Below are positions 47,741-58,531 of a stretch of 64,000 bases of DNA, in pieces. The stretch is from an uncultured Planctomycetia bacterium (GTDB taxonomy: Bacteria; Omnitrophota; Gorgyraeia; Duberdicusellales; 4484-171). Where the stretch lies: positions 4,394 to 68,393 of the forward strand of contig CAZAYU010000001.1 of the NCBI GenBank assembly GCA_964489445.1, written 5' to 3'. The number at the start of each line of letters is the position of its first letter. The stretch's first letter is position 1. The notes beneath the pieces are model-generated. The model was not told the origin of the DNA, did no database searches, and saw only the letters and a list, made by a program, of their open reading frames with translations. Made by a program: the position numbers and the translations under genes.

Positions 47741-48195
47741 AAAAAAAGATTATATTTTTTTTGCTATTGGTTATATATCCAATAACCGGCCAAAGTGCCG
47801 ACTTCTATACTTTAGATAAAAAAATCACAACTTACGAAGAAATAACCGCTCACTCCAAAACAATTTTGCTTCTTTGGACTACATGGTGTCCAGGCTGCCG
47901 AACTGAAATCAACCGTCTATCTAAAGAATGTGACACAGCTAAAAACAGAGAGGATATAAAAATATTGTACATCAGTGAAGGCGAGGAAGAATCAACCGTC
48001 CAAAGATTCTTTACAAAAGCAAAACTTAACGAGTGCATGAAAAATAAAATACTTCTTGATCCAAGCGCATATCTTGCCCGAAAATTTTCGATTCCTGGCG
48101 TGCCAACGTATATCTTTATTGTTGACGGGCAACCAACATACAAATCACATTTCATTAACGATGATCTAGTCAATAAAATTTTCCCAGATGAATAA
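47737..48195 (+). CDS. TlpA/ResA-like thioredoxin-fold thiol-disulfide oxidoreductase
   Basis: Signal peptide plus a WCPGC active site. Its start overlaps the ccdA stop (ATGA). Confidence 0.75.
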   Translation: MKKKIIFFLLLVIYPITGQSADFYTLDKKITTYEEITAHSKTILLLWTTWCPGCRTEINRLSKECDTAKNREDIKILYISEGEEESTVQRFFTKAKLNECMKNKILLDPSAYLARKFSIPGVPTYIFIVDGQPTYKSHFINDDLVNKIFPDE

Positions 48196-48293
48196 GCACC
48201 AAGCCAGCAGGGTTATAGGCATAATTTTTCCAATAATAAACATATTATCAATGTTTGACAGCATATTTATTTTATGCTATTTTAGGCCACATT

Positions 48294-49136
48294 ATGCAAA
48301 AAAATATTAAATTAGGAATTATTGGGTTAGGGAATATGGGGTTATCTCTATTGGATTCCTTTCCCCAAAAGGATAGGCAAAAAATTAATGTCTACGACAT
48401 AGATAAAAATAAATTAAAAAGCACAAAAGGCTGTATAAAAAGTAAGAACTTTGCAGAACTATTTTCTAGTAGTAACGTGCTAATACTCGCGATCAAACCG
48501 CAAGATATTCCAAATTTCATCGCAATAAACAATAGCTACCTGTCACAACATAAGCCACTATTAATTTCTATAGCTGCCGGCATTAAAACTTCCTTTTTTG
48601 AAAAATTAATCGAAGGAATAAGGATAGTCAGAGTTATGCCAAACTTAGCAATTAAAGTACGCAAGTCGCTGTCCTTTATTTCTGGAGGAAGCTTTATTGC
48701 GAAAAATGACTTACAAACTACCCAGGAGATATTTTCTCTATCCGGGAAGGTAATAGTCACAAACGAAAAACAATTAGACAAAGCAACTTCAATTACCGGA
48801 AGCGGACCAGGATACTTGTTTTTCTTTATGGAGATACTATATAAAAACGCAATTCGTCTTGGATTCTCCAAGGATACAGCAAAATTAATGGTCCTTCAAA
48901 CTTTTCAAGGAGCAACATCCATTGCTAAATTAAATAAAGATTTTGAAACATTGATGAAACAAGTAGCATCTAAGAATGGAACAACCGAAGCAGCATTCAA
49001 GGTCTTCAAGCAAAAAAATATTAGTAAGATTATTACCGAAGGAGTAAAAGCAGCAAACCAGCGCTCTCAAGGGATTCTTTTGGAATTATTTACACAAAAA
49101 AGTTGCTCAGAAAAAAAACGCAAAAAGGGGATTTAA
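48294..49136 (+). CDS. proC: pyrroline-5-carboxylate reductase
   Basis: IGLGNMG Rossmann motif and SGSGPGYLFFFMEILYKNAIRLGF (ProC C-terminal domain). Candidate promoter TTGACA, 17-nt spacer, TATTTT at 48255-48283 suggests a near-leaderless start at 48294. The ORF track begins at TTG 48255. Confidence 0.65.
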   Translation: MQKNIKLGIIGLGNMGLSLLDSFPQKDRQKINVYDIDKNKLKSTKGCIKSKNFAELFSSSNVLILAIKPQDIPNFIAINNSYLSQHKPLLISIAAGIKTSFFEKLIEGIRIVRVMPNLAIKVRKSLSFISGGSFIAKNDLQTTQEIFSLSGKVIVTNEKQLDKATSITGSGPGYLFFFMEILYKNAIRLGFSKDTAKLMVLQTFQGATSIAKLNKDFETLMKQVASKNGTTEAAFKVFKQKNISKIITEGVKAANQRSQGILLELFTQKSCSEKKRKKGI

Positions 49137-49137
49137 C

Positions 49138-49998
49138 ATGGGAAAAATAGGAATTATAGGAGGAAGTGGGCTTTACAGTATTGAAGGGGTTGAAACAGTA
49201 AAAGAGATCCTGCCAAGCACACCCTATGGAAAGCCATCAGCAGCGCTAGCAATCGGAAAAATGAACGGCAAGGAATTAATTTTTCTTCCTCGTCACGGAA
49301 AACATCATCAAATCAGCCCTTCAGAAATAAACTATCGGGCAAATATTTACGCAATGAAATTATTAGGCGTTGATAAGATCCTTTCCGTTTCTGCCTGCGG
49401 GTCATTAAAAGAAAATTTAAAACCCACTGAATTTGTAATTCCTGATCAATTCGTTGATCGAACAAACCAAGCCAGAAAACATACTTTCTTCGAAAACGGA
49501 ATAGTTGCTCATATCAGCTTTGCACATCCAGTTTGCGAAAATCTATCCCTAGTTCTAAATGAAGCCTCAACAAAAACAGGTGCCAAAACGCACCATAAGG
49601 GTATTTATCTAAATATGGAAGGACCACAGTTTTCTACCCTCGCTGAATCAAATCTTTATCGCAGTTGGGGAATGGATATAATCGGAATGACCAACTTAGC
49701 AGAAGCAAGATTGTCCCGAGAAGCAGAAATCTGCTACACATGCCTAGCGGCGATCACCGATTATGACTGCTGGCACCCTAATCACGGAAGCGTCACTCTT
49801 GAAGCGATAATGAGCGTTTGCAAGAAAAACATTGAAAATTCGAAAAAAATAATAAAGAATTTTATCCTAGAAGTAGAAAGTGATAAAAAATGCTCTTGCC
49901 AAAATGCGCTAAGCCAGGCAATTGTAACTAATCCTAACTACATCTCTCCGGAAACAAAAAACAAGTTAGGAATAATGATTGATAAATATATCAAATAA
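49138..49998 (+). CDS. mtnP: S-methyl-5'-thioadenosine phosphorylase
   Basis: MGKIGIIGGSGLY N-terminus, then ...FLPRHG..H...P..INYRANI... The PNP family 2 / MTAP pattern is present. Confidence 0.8.
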   Translation: MGKIGIIGGSGLYSIEGVETVKEILPSTPYGKPSAALAIGKMNGKELIFLPRHGKHHQISPSEINYRANIYAMKLLGVDKILSVSACGSLKENLKPTEFVIPDQFVDRTNQARKHTFFENGIVAHISFAHPVCENLSLVLNEASTKTGAKTHHKGIYLNMEGPQFSTLAESNLYRSWGMDIIGMTNLAEARLSREAEICYTCLAAITDYDCWHPNHGSVTLEAIMSVCKKNIENSKKIIKNFILEVESDKKCSCQNALSQAIVTNPNYISPETKNKLGIMIDKYIK

Positions 49999-50004
49999 AA
50001 CATA

Positions 50005-50910
50005 ATGAATAAAGATATTTTAGTCGTAGGGTCAGTCGCTTTAGACACAATAACCACGCCATTAGGCAAAGTAAAAGATGCTTTAGGTGGCTCGGCGGTA
50101 TATTTTTCAACCAGTGCAAGGATATTTAATCCAGTAAATATTGTAGCTGTTGTGGGAGAAGACTTCCCCAGAAAACATTTAGCCTATTTAAGAAAGAAAA
50201 AAATCAATCTTTCCGGACTAGAGATAGTCAAAGGAAAAACATTTCGCTGGGAAGGGGAATATAACTGGGATTTTTCTAATCCTCGAACAATCTCTACCCA
50301 TTTGAATGTATTTGCCGACTTTAAACCGAAAGTGCCAAAGATTCATCAAGATAATAAGTATGTTTTTTTGGCTAATATTGATCCAGAAGTTCAGAACAAA
50401 GTATTATCACAAATAACTAAGCCTAAAATAGTTGCTTGTGACACTATGAATTATTGGATTGAAAATAAGCTAAATCATTTATTAAAACTTCTGCGCCATG
50501 TAGACATCTTTTTAGTTAATGAATCAGAAGCACGCCAGATAACACAAGAAAATAATTTAGTTAAGGCCGGAAAAAAAATGTTAAAGCTCGGACCAAAAAT
50601 TATAATAGTTAAAAAAGGAGAACACGGGGTCTTATTATTTTTAGAAGACACTATATTCTCAATACCGGCGTTTTTGTTGGAGTCAGTTTTTGACCCTACT
50701 GGTGCCGGAGATACATTCGCTGGAGGCTTCATGGGTTATCTAGCATCTTGTTCAAAATATAGCAAAAAATCATTAAAAACAGCTCTGGTCTACGGAACAA
50801 TCATGGCTACTTTTGCTGTTGAAGATTTCAGCCTTGGCCGATTGGGCTCTGTAACTTTTTCAAAAATAACAACAAGACTGGAAAAATTTCGTAAATCATC
50901 ATTATTTTAA
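50005..50910 (+). CDS. PfkB-family carbohydrate/nucleoside kinase
   Basis: DPTGAGDTFAGGFMGYL is the PfkB signature 2. The GG motif is near the N-terminus. Adjacent to mtnP. Confidence 0.8.
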   Translation: MNKDILVVGSVALDTITTPLGKVKDALGGSAVYFSTSARIFNPVNIVAVVGEDFPRKHLAYLRKKKINLSGLEIVKGKTFRWEGEYNWDFSNPRTISTHLNVFADFKPKVPKIHQDNKYVFLANIDPEVQNKVLSQITKPKIVACDTMNYWIENKLNHLLKLLRHVDIFLVNESEARQITQENNLVKAGKKMLKLGPKIIIVKKGEHGVLLFLEDTIFSIPAFLLESVFDPTGAGDTFAGGFMGYLASCSKYSKKSLKTALVYGTIMATFAVEDFSLGRLGSVTFSKITTRLEKFRKSSLF

Positions 50911-53652
50911 ATGAATTATAAAAGCACACTAAACCTTCCACGAACGACTTTTCCAATGAAAGCTAACCTCACCATGCTTGAACCAAAAATGATTGAATCC
51001 TGGAAAAAACTAAACATCTACCAAAGACTATGTTCTGAACGAAAGGATGCTGATAAATTTATCCTTCATGATGGACCGCCTTATGCTAACGGATTAATTC
51101 ACATGGGGCATGCCTTAAACAAGATACTAAAAGATATTGTCCTAAAATACAAAACCTTAAGTGGATACAATTGTCCATTTATTGCTGGCTGGGATTGCCA
51201 TGGGCTTCCGGTAGAACACCAGTTATTTAAAGAATTGCAGCTGACTAAGCATGACGTTCAAATAGACATTTTTCGTAAAAAAGCAAGAAACTATGCCTTG
51301 AAATTTGTTAAGCTCCAAAAAGAAGGATTTATCCGACTAGGAATATTTAGTGATTGGGAAAATCCTTACTTGACAGTCAATAAACCTTACGAATACTCAG
51401 TAATGAAGCTTTTAGAAGATTTAACTTCAAAAGGCTACATCTACCGCGGCAGAAAACCAGTAAATTGGTGTACAGAATGCGAAACAGCGCTAGCAGAAGC
51501 AGAAGTTGAGTATGGAGATAAGGAATCTGACTCAATCTATTTCACATTTAAAGTTGCTGATGCTCAAAATTTGCTTCCTGCTAATTCTCATTTCTTAGTT
51601 TGGACAACCACACCTTGGACAATCGTTTCTAATGTGGCGGTGGCAATTCATCCAAAATTTGAATATTGTTTAGTTGGCTTTCAGGGAAGAAACATTATAC
51701 TCGGAAAAGAAATGTTGCCTGTATTGAGCAGAATTACTGAAAACGAGATAAAAATAATAAGAACATTTACAGGAGCTGCACTTGAAGGAATATCCATAAA
51801 CCACCCTTTTTTAAAAAAAGAAGTAAAAATCATTTTAGCTGATTTTATTTCAAATAAGGAAGGCAGCGGCTGTGTGCACATCGCTCCTGGACATGGGGCA
51901 GAAGATTTCTCGCTAGTAAAAAAGTATACCTTACCAATAATTATGCCTTTAGATCAACGCGGAATTTTTACTGAACCAAATGATTTTAAAGGAAAAGATA
52001 TTAAGTCTGCCGGTGCTTTAGTCGTTGACAAGCTAAAGAATAGTGGATCATTAATAAAGCATCAAAAGATAACTCACTCCTATCCTCATTGCTGGCGTTG
52101 TAAGCAACCAATAGTCTTTCGGGCTACTTTCCAATGGTTTTTAGATATATCACACAGTAATTTACGAAACCAGTTGCTGAACTTATCCGAGAAAACACAT
52201 TGGACTCCAAATTCTGGTGGCGAAAGAATGAAAGCAATGATAAAAAACAGGCCAGATTGGTGTCTTTCTCGACAACGTCTCTGGGGAATTCCAATCCCAG
52301 CAATAAGATGCACCTCGTGCAAGCAAACAATCCTTGCTCCAGAAATAATCGCTAAAACAGCAGAAATATTTTCCAAAGAAGGATCAGACTCCTGGTTTAC
52401 GCTACCAGTAGATGAATTTATTCCCACTGAATTTTATTGCCCTGACTGCAACAAAAAAGAATTTACCAAAGAGTACGATATATTAGATGTTTGGTTTGAA
52501 TCTGGCGCTAGTTTTTTAGGTGTGTTAAAAAGAAATAGTGACCTAGAATTTCCCGCTGATTTATACTTAGAAGGCAGCGACCAGCACAGAGGGTGGTTCC
52601 AAGTATCCTTAATTCTATCCGCCGCGAAAGAGAATGCAGCGCCCTTCAAACAAGTATTAACTCACGGATTCGTTGTTGATGGTGAGGGAAAGAAAATGTC
52701 AAAATCTTTAGGAAATGTTATCTCCCCTCAAGAAATATCTAAAAAATACGGAGCAGAAATCCTACGATTATGGACCGCTTACTCTAACTATTCTGAAGAC
52801 ATACGGATCTCGCAAGAAATAATAAACCAGCTTGTTGACATGTATCGCAAAATACGTAACACGATTCGTTTCATTCTCGGAAATATATCCGACTTTGCTC
52901 CCGATAAATTCAAAGTAGAGATTTCACAATTAATGGAGATAGACCAACTTGCTCTTAGTAAAGCATCTCTGCTGCTTGACGAGATTACTGAATGTTATGA
53001 TAATTTTAGCTTTTACAAAGTTTGTCAAAAACTATTTAACTTCTGTAATGTTGACTTAAGCGCTTTTTATCTTGACATTTTAAAAGACAGACTATATACT
53101 TTTTCTCAAAATTCTCTAGAGCGCAGAAGCGCCCAAAATGTTCTTTATCACATATTAAGTATACTTCTTGCAGTAATCGCCCCGATATTACCGTTTACTG
53201 CAGAAGAGGCATATTCTTGCTGGGAACAGCTACCAAATAAAAAGGATTCAATTTTTATTACTACTTTTAGTGAGATTAAAAGAAAAAACTGGCGGAATAA
53301 ACCCCTGGAAGAAAAATGGGAAAAAATAATTTTACTAAGAAATAAAATTCTAAAAGAGCTAGAAACATCAAGGAACAAAGGAGACATTGGAAGCTCATTA
53401 GAAAGTTCTGTTTGTGTAACTCTTCCACAACCGGATTTCAAGTTCTACACTGGTCACCAAGAAATACTAAAGGATATTTTAGTTGTTTCTGGGGTAGATA
53501 TTAAAGAAGGACCTTTCGGTATTGTCGTAAAAAAAGCAGAAGGCAAAAAATGCACCCGCTGTTGGATGTGGAGCCAATCAGTAGGAAATAATAAACAATA
53601 TCCAGACATCTGTAATAAATGCACAGAAGCATTAAAGGAGAGCAAAGCATGA
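50911..53652 (+). CDS. ileS: Isoleucine--tRNA ligase
   Basis: HMGHALNKILKD (HIGH), KMSKSLGN, and C-terminal zinc-finger cysteines (CTRCW...CNKC). 913 aa. Confidence 0.95.
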   Translation: MNYKSTLNLPRTTFPMKANLTMLEPKMIESWKKLNIYQRLCSERKDADKFILHDGPPYANGLIHMGHALNKILKDIVLKYKTLSGYNCPFIAGWDCHGLPVEHQLFKELQLTKHDVQIDIFRKKARNYALKFVKLQKEGFIRLGIFSDWENPYLTVNKPYEYSVMKLLEDLTSKGYIYRGRKPVNWCTECETALAEAEVEYGDKESDSIYFTFKVADAQNLLPANSHFLVWTTTPWTIVSNVAVAIHPKFEYCLVGFQGRNIILGKEMLPVLSRITENEIKIIRTFTGAALEGISINHPFLKKEVKIILADFISNKEGSGCVHIAPGHGAEDFSLVKKYTLPIIMPLDQRGIFTEPNDFKGKDIKSAGALVVDKLKNSGSLIKHQKITHSYPHCWRCKQPIVFRATFQWFLDISHSNLRNQLLNLSEKTHWTPNSGGERMKAMIKNRPDWCLSRQRLWGIPIPAIRCTSCKQTILAPEIIAKTAEIFSKEGSDSWFTLPVDEFIPTEFYCPDCNKKEFTKEYDILDVWFESGASFLGVLKRNSDLEFPADLYLEGSDQHRGWFQVSLILSAAKENAAPFKQVLTHGFVVDGEGKKMSKSLGNVISPQEISKKYGAEILRLWTAYSNYSEDIRISQEIINQLVDMYRKIRNTIRFILGNISDFAPDKFKVEISQLMEIDQLALSKASLLLDEITECYDNFSFYKVCQKLFNFCNVDLSAFYLDILKDRLYTFSQNSLERRSAQNVLYHILSILLAVIAPILPFTAEEAYSCWEQLPNKKDSIFITTFSEIKRKNWRNKPLEEKWEKIILLRNKILKELETSRNKGDIGSSLESSVCVTLPQPDFKFYTGHQEILKDILVVSGVDIKEGPFGIVVKKAEGKKCTRCWMWSQSVGNNKQYPDICNKCTEALKESKA

Positions 53653-54041
53653 AACGTAAATTTACCAAAAAAGAATTAAACATCTATCGCGAACAACTGT
53701 TTAATCTTAAAGATGATGTGCTATCCCAAATTAGAGACATATCTGAGGACACATTGATGAAAAGTCAAAAAGAAATGTCTGGCGACATTTCTGGGTACGG
53801 AATTCACATCGCCGACGTAGCGACTGATAATTACGAAAGAGACTTTAATATCGGATTGGTCGCAAACGAGCGAAAAATCATAGCTAAAATCGACGATGCC
53901 CTAAAAAGAGTGGAAGAAAAGCTTTATGGAGATTGTGAAATGTGCAAAAAACCAATCGCTAAAACACGGTTAAACGCTATTCCTTACGCAAGATACTGCC
54001 GGAAATGCAAGGAAAAAATAGAAAAAGAAAATAAGGCGTAA
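53649..54041 (+). CDS. DksA/TraR-family C4 zinc-finger regulator
   Basis: ATGA overlap with the ileS stop. C-terminal CEMCKKPI...CRKCK four-Cys finger. Confidence 0.7.
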   Translation: MKRKFTKKELNIYREQLFNLKDDVLSQIRDISEDTLMKSQKEMSGDISGYGIHIADVATDNYERDFNIGLVANERKIIAKIDDALKRVEEKLYGDCEMCKKPIAKTRLNAIPYARYCRKCKEKIEKENKA

Positions 54042-54044
54042 CTT

Positions 54045-54515
54045 ATGTCCTTAACATGGCTTTTAACAGCCATAATATTTTCTGTTGATTTATTGGTTAA
54101 AACTCATCTAAGGATAAACTTTCCTCTACAATCAATACCATTAATTAATAATTTTCTGCACATAACGGTTATCTTTAACACCGGTGCAGCCTTTGGTATA
54201 TTCCGAGATAAGACTTTACCGCTGATAGTTATCGGAGTTATTTTCATTTTATTTTTTTTATTACTAATTAAAAATGAAATAAAAAACAGCTGCTGGTCTA
54301 AAATTGCCTGCGGATTGATTCTTGGCGGAGCAATATCCAACCTTTATGATCGAATTTCATTAGGGTATGTCGTAGATTACATTGATTTTCGAATTTGGCC
54401 AGTATTTAATATTTCTGACACTTGTATTACAGTCGGCGTATTTATTTTACTTTTCCAATCATTAAGAAAAAAATCCGACAAAGGTCTAGCTTACAAAAAA
54501 GATAATGGACAATAA
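54045..54515 (+). CDS. lspA: lipoprotein signal peptidase (signal peptidase II)
   Basis: FNTGAAFG, NLYDR, VVDYIDF and FNISD conserved blocks. Four transmembrane helices. Confidence 0.85.
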   Translation: MSLTWLLTAIIFSVDLLVKTHLRINFPLQSIPLINNFLHITVIFNTGAAFGIFRDKTLPLIVIGVIFILFFLLLIKNEIKNSCWSKIACGLILGGAISNLYDRISLGYVVDYIDFRIWPVFNISDTCITVGVFILLFQSLRKKSDKGLAYKKDNGQ

Positions 54516-55407
54516 CAAGCAAAATATATTTATTGTGCCTGAAAATTGCCAAGGCATAAGACTAGATGCATTTTTAACAAAAAAAATGCCTGATTTCTCC
54601 CGCACTAAAATCCGTAGTCTCATCACAAAGAACCTAATCCTTGTAAACGATACGATAAAAAAGCCTTCTTTTTTCTTGCGACCAAAACAAAAAGTCTGTA
54701 TTCTGCATATCCCGGAAGAAAAAAATACATTGGAATCTTACAATTTTCCGGTTAAAATAATTTACGAAGACAACGACATTATGGTGGTGGACAAACCAAG
54801 CGGATTAACTGTTCATCCGCCACAAAAAAATTACAACCGAACTTTAGTAAACGCATTATTGTACCAACAAAAAACATTATCCAGCATTGATCCCCTAAGA
54901 CCGGGTATTGTTCATCGACTAGATAAGGAAACCAGTGGGCTGATGGTAGTTGCAAAAAACAATAATAGTCACAACAACCTTGTGCAACAGTTTAAAAGAA
55001 GAGAAGTGTACAAGCAATACAGGGCAATCGTTTGGGGAAAGATGGACAAAAATTATTTAGAAATAAACTTTCCATTGTGCCGAGACAAAAAAAACCGTTT
55101 AAAAATGAAAATTGGATTTCTCCAATCAAAAACTGCACTAACCAAGATTAAAGCTGATAAGACATTTAAAGATTCCAGTCTACTCTCAGTTGAACCTCAT
55201 ACTGGAAGAATGCACCAAATTAGAGTCCATCTTAGTTTTTTAGATTTCCCAATTGTTGGTGATCATAAATATGGAAAAAAAGATCACGTTGAACATTTGT
55301 TGCTTCATGCACAAAAACTAAAATTTCATCAGCCTTCAAGTAAAGCACAGTTAACATTTGAATTGCCCTTGCCTAAACGATTTAATGATTTTATTTTAAC
55401 CCATTAA
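54505..55407 (+). CDS. RluA-family pseudouridine synthase (RluD-like)
   Basis: S4-like N-terminus. HRLDKETSGLMVVAKN catalytic Asp motif. Confidence 0.85.
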   Translation: MDNNKQNIFIVPENCQGIRLDAFLTKKMPDFSRTKIRSLITKNLILVNDTIKKPSFFLRPKQKVCILHIPEEKNTLESYNFPVKIIYEDNDIMVVDKPSGLTVHPPQKNYNRTLVNALLYQQKTLSSIDPLRPGIVHRLDKETSGLMVVAKNNNSHNNLVQQFKRREVYKQYRAIVWGKMDKNYLEINFPLCRDKKNRLKMKIGFLQSKTALTKIKADKTFKDSSLLSVEPHTGRMHQIRVHLSFLDFPIVGDHKYGKKDHVEHLLLHAQKLKFHQPSSKAQLTFELPLPKRFNDFILTH

Positions 55408-55419
55408 TAATATATACGT

Positions 55420-56748
55420 ATGTACAAAATTGCACGCATTAGAAAATTAAACACAGAAATACTTGTCCCTCCCGATAAATCAATCTCTCACCGAGCACTA
55501 ATTATTTCTTCCTTGGCTAAAGGTCAGACAACCATTGCCCCTTTCATTAAAAGTGAGGACACGTTAGCAACTTTGGAATGTATTAGGCGCTGCGGAGTAA
55601 ACATTAAAGTAAAAAACAAAACAAGCATCACCATCGAAGGATGTGGGCTACATTACCCACGCAAAAGAAAAATCTTTCTTTCCGCTGGAGAATCTGGAAC
55701 AACATTCCGGATATTTAGCGGAATTCTGTGTGGACAAAAATTTCCTGTACATTTTGACGCTTCATCGGCATTAAAAGCACGACCGATGAAAAGGATTACC
55801 TATCCTTTAAAAATGATGGGGGCAGATATCCAATCTAACTATAAAAAGAATGAAGAATACCCGCCATTTGCTATTAACCCAACAGAAAAAATATTCGGAA
55901 TTAAATACCGCCTTCCAATTCCCAGCGCACAAATAAAATCAGCAATACTGCTCGCATCTTTATACGCAAAAAACCCCACTCAAATCATTGAGCCATTTAT
56001 TTCTCGCAACCATACTGAATTAATGCTTAAGGAATTTAGGTCTTTAATCAAAAAAAACGGAAAAACTATAACTTTAAAACCCGGAAAACAGCTGATAACT
56101 CCCGGGAATATTTTTATTCCTTCTGACTTTTCTTCAGCCGCTTTTTTTATTGTACTCGGCTTAATATCAAAAAATTCAAGTATATTAATAAAAAATGTAA
56201 ATCTTAACTCTACACGCTGCGGACTTTTATCGGTATTAAAAAGAATGGGAGCAAACATAAAAATCTTTAATTTAAAAAAATATTTTGAACCCTACGGAGA
56301 CATTTTAGTCAAAAGTTCAAGCTTAGCTGGAACAACTGTAGAAGAAAAAGAAATACCATTAATAGTTGATGAAATCCCCATATTATGTGTAGCAGCAAAT
56401 TTTGCCAATAGTCCAACAACAATAAACGGACTGAATGAATTAAAAGTCAAAGAAACTGACAGAATAGCATCAACTATGCACAATATTAACCAGACTGGCG
56501 GAAAAGCTGTTACTCAAAGATATAGGAATAAGTCAGGGCAAAACTGGCAATTAAAAATATTTCCGTTTAAAAATCAAAAAATAGCTAAATTCAAAAGTTT
56601 TTCTGACCACCGAACAGCAATGAGCTCAATTATATTAGGGTCAGCACTAGACAAGCCTTCAACACTAGACAGTACTAGCTGCATAAATAAATCGTTTCCG
56701 GGATTCACCCATTTATTCGAATCCCTAGCTAAAGCATCTTGCAGATAA
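55420..56748 (+). CDS. aroA: 3-phosphoshikimate 1-carboxyvinyltransferase
   Basis: LVPPDKSISHRALI N-terminal signature. About 440 aa with the EPSP synthase pattern. Confidence 0.85.
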   Translation: MYKIARIRKLNTEILVPPDKSISHRALIISSLAKGQTTIAPFIKSEDTLATLECIRRCGVNIKVKNKTSITIEGCGLHYPRKRKIFLSAGESGTTFRIFSGILCGQKFPVHFDASSALKARPMKRITYPLKMMGADIQSNYKKNEEYPPFAINPTEKIFGIKYRLPIPSAQIKSAILLASLYAKNPTQIIEPFISRNHTELMLKEFRSLIKKNGKTITLKPGKQLITPGNIFIPSDFSSAAFFIVLGLISKNSSILIKNVNLNSTRCGLLSVLKRMGANIKIFNLKKYFEPYGDILVKSSSLAGTTVEEKEIPLIVDEIPILCVAANFANSPTTINGLNELKVKETDRIASTMHNINQTGGKAVTQRYRNKSGQNWQLKIFPFKNQKIAKFKSFSDHRTAMSSIILGSALDKPSTLDSTSCINKSFPGFTHLFESLAKASCR

Positions 56749-56864
56749 AGAACAAGGAAATTCCTACAGCATTAAGACCATTTTTAAACAAAAAGAACAA
56801 ATTGCATTCTAAAACATCTCTGCTAAAATAGATTAGAATGGGTACTAAATATAGGAGGATGCAT

Positions 56865-57719
56865 ATGAAGAAAAATTTTACTATTGTCGAAATAATAATC
56901 GTATTAGTTATAATTAGTATAGTTGCCACATTTGCAATACCTGCCTACAAAAACATTATAGAAAAGTCAAAAGCAGAAACATGTAAAATGAATCTTAGAG
57001 TCCTCTTGGGAGCAGTAGAAACATATGCTATCGAAAACGACGAATTGCCTGCGTCTTTGGGGCAATTACAAAAAAAGGATTTAGAAAAATCTTGGGCAAA
57101 AATATTAAAAAAAGATAACTCTTGGAGAATAAAACTCGTTTACTGGATAGTTGATTTCAAGCAATACGGATTAGCATACGCTCAAGAAGGATGGATAGGA
57201 AGATACATCGGAGACTTAAAATATTTTACCTGCCCTGCTGATGAAACTCCACCTCCAGCTGGACATTCTTACGGAATCAACCAGCTAGTAACGAGCATGC
57301 CTTTTGCCGAATATCGCGTCCTACAAAAAAATAGTATTCCCATTATTGCTGACTGCGATGATCCAATCTTTACTACTACTTTAGCTAAACGTCACAAACA
57401 ATTCACAATTACTGGCACAATTAAATACGCACAAGAGATAAAAAAGGGAGATGAGGTATCTTCCGTGCCTGAAGGTAGTGAGCAGATGATAGATGATGAG
57501 CCTGGGGTGGAGGATGAGCCTGAGGTGGAGGATGAGCCTGAGGTGGAGGATGAGCCTGCAGTAGGCACTCCGTGTGCAGAATGTACTACTACAAAATACA
57601 CATGTATGGATGCATGTGATTCAATACGCCAAGAAAATCCTGAAGAACAATACTTATGGGACATATGCATAAGTAATTGCACTTCCGACAAAATGTTATG
57701 CGAAAATAATTGTTATTAA
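56865..57719 (+). CDS. prepilin-type N-terminal cleavage/methylation-domain protein (pseudopilin-like), paralog 1
   Basis: RBS AGGAGG. MKKNFTIVEIIIVLVIISIVA is the class III signal/FT(L/I)xE motif. The C-terminus carries (DEPxVE)n, encoded by 18-bp tandem repeats at 57495-57563, and a Cys-rich tail. Confidence 0.7.
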   Translation: MKKNFTIVEIIIVLVIISIVATFAIPAYKNIIEKSKAETCKMNLRVLLGAVETYAIENDELPASLGQLQKKDLEKSWAKILKKDNSWRIKLVYWIVDFKQYGLAYAQEGWIGRYIGDLKYFTCPADETPPPAGHSYGINQLVTSMPFAEYRVLQKNSIPIIADCDDPIFTTTLAKRHKQFTITGTIKYAQEIKKGDEVSSVPEGSEQMIDDEPGVEDEPEVEDEPEVEDEPAVGTPCAECTTTKYTCMDACDSIRQENPEEQYLWDICISNCTSDKMLCENNCY

Positions 57720-57788
57720 TTGTAAAGTCTTGCTTTAAATGTCATTGATAAAAAAACACCTAATAACTTTTACAATATGGAGGGACAA

Positions 57789-58478
<690 letters not shown>

Positions 58479-58531
58479 CATAGAAAAGGCTAATCATAAA
58501 ATAAACAAATTAGCTAACACTAGAGTAAACA

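Noticed and set aside
48255-48293. Upstream TTG start for proC (MTAYLFYAILGHI...)
   Set aside because: The extension coincides with a TTGACA, 17-nt spacer, TATTTT promoter-like sequence. The ProC Rossmann motif begins right after Met 48294, so the internal ATG is preferred.
51681-53441. Several short minus-strand ORFs (51681-51881, 52086-52427, 52434-52649, 53148-53441)
   Set aside because: All lie inside the ileS coding sequence on the opposite strand and are antisense artefacts.
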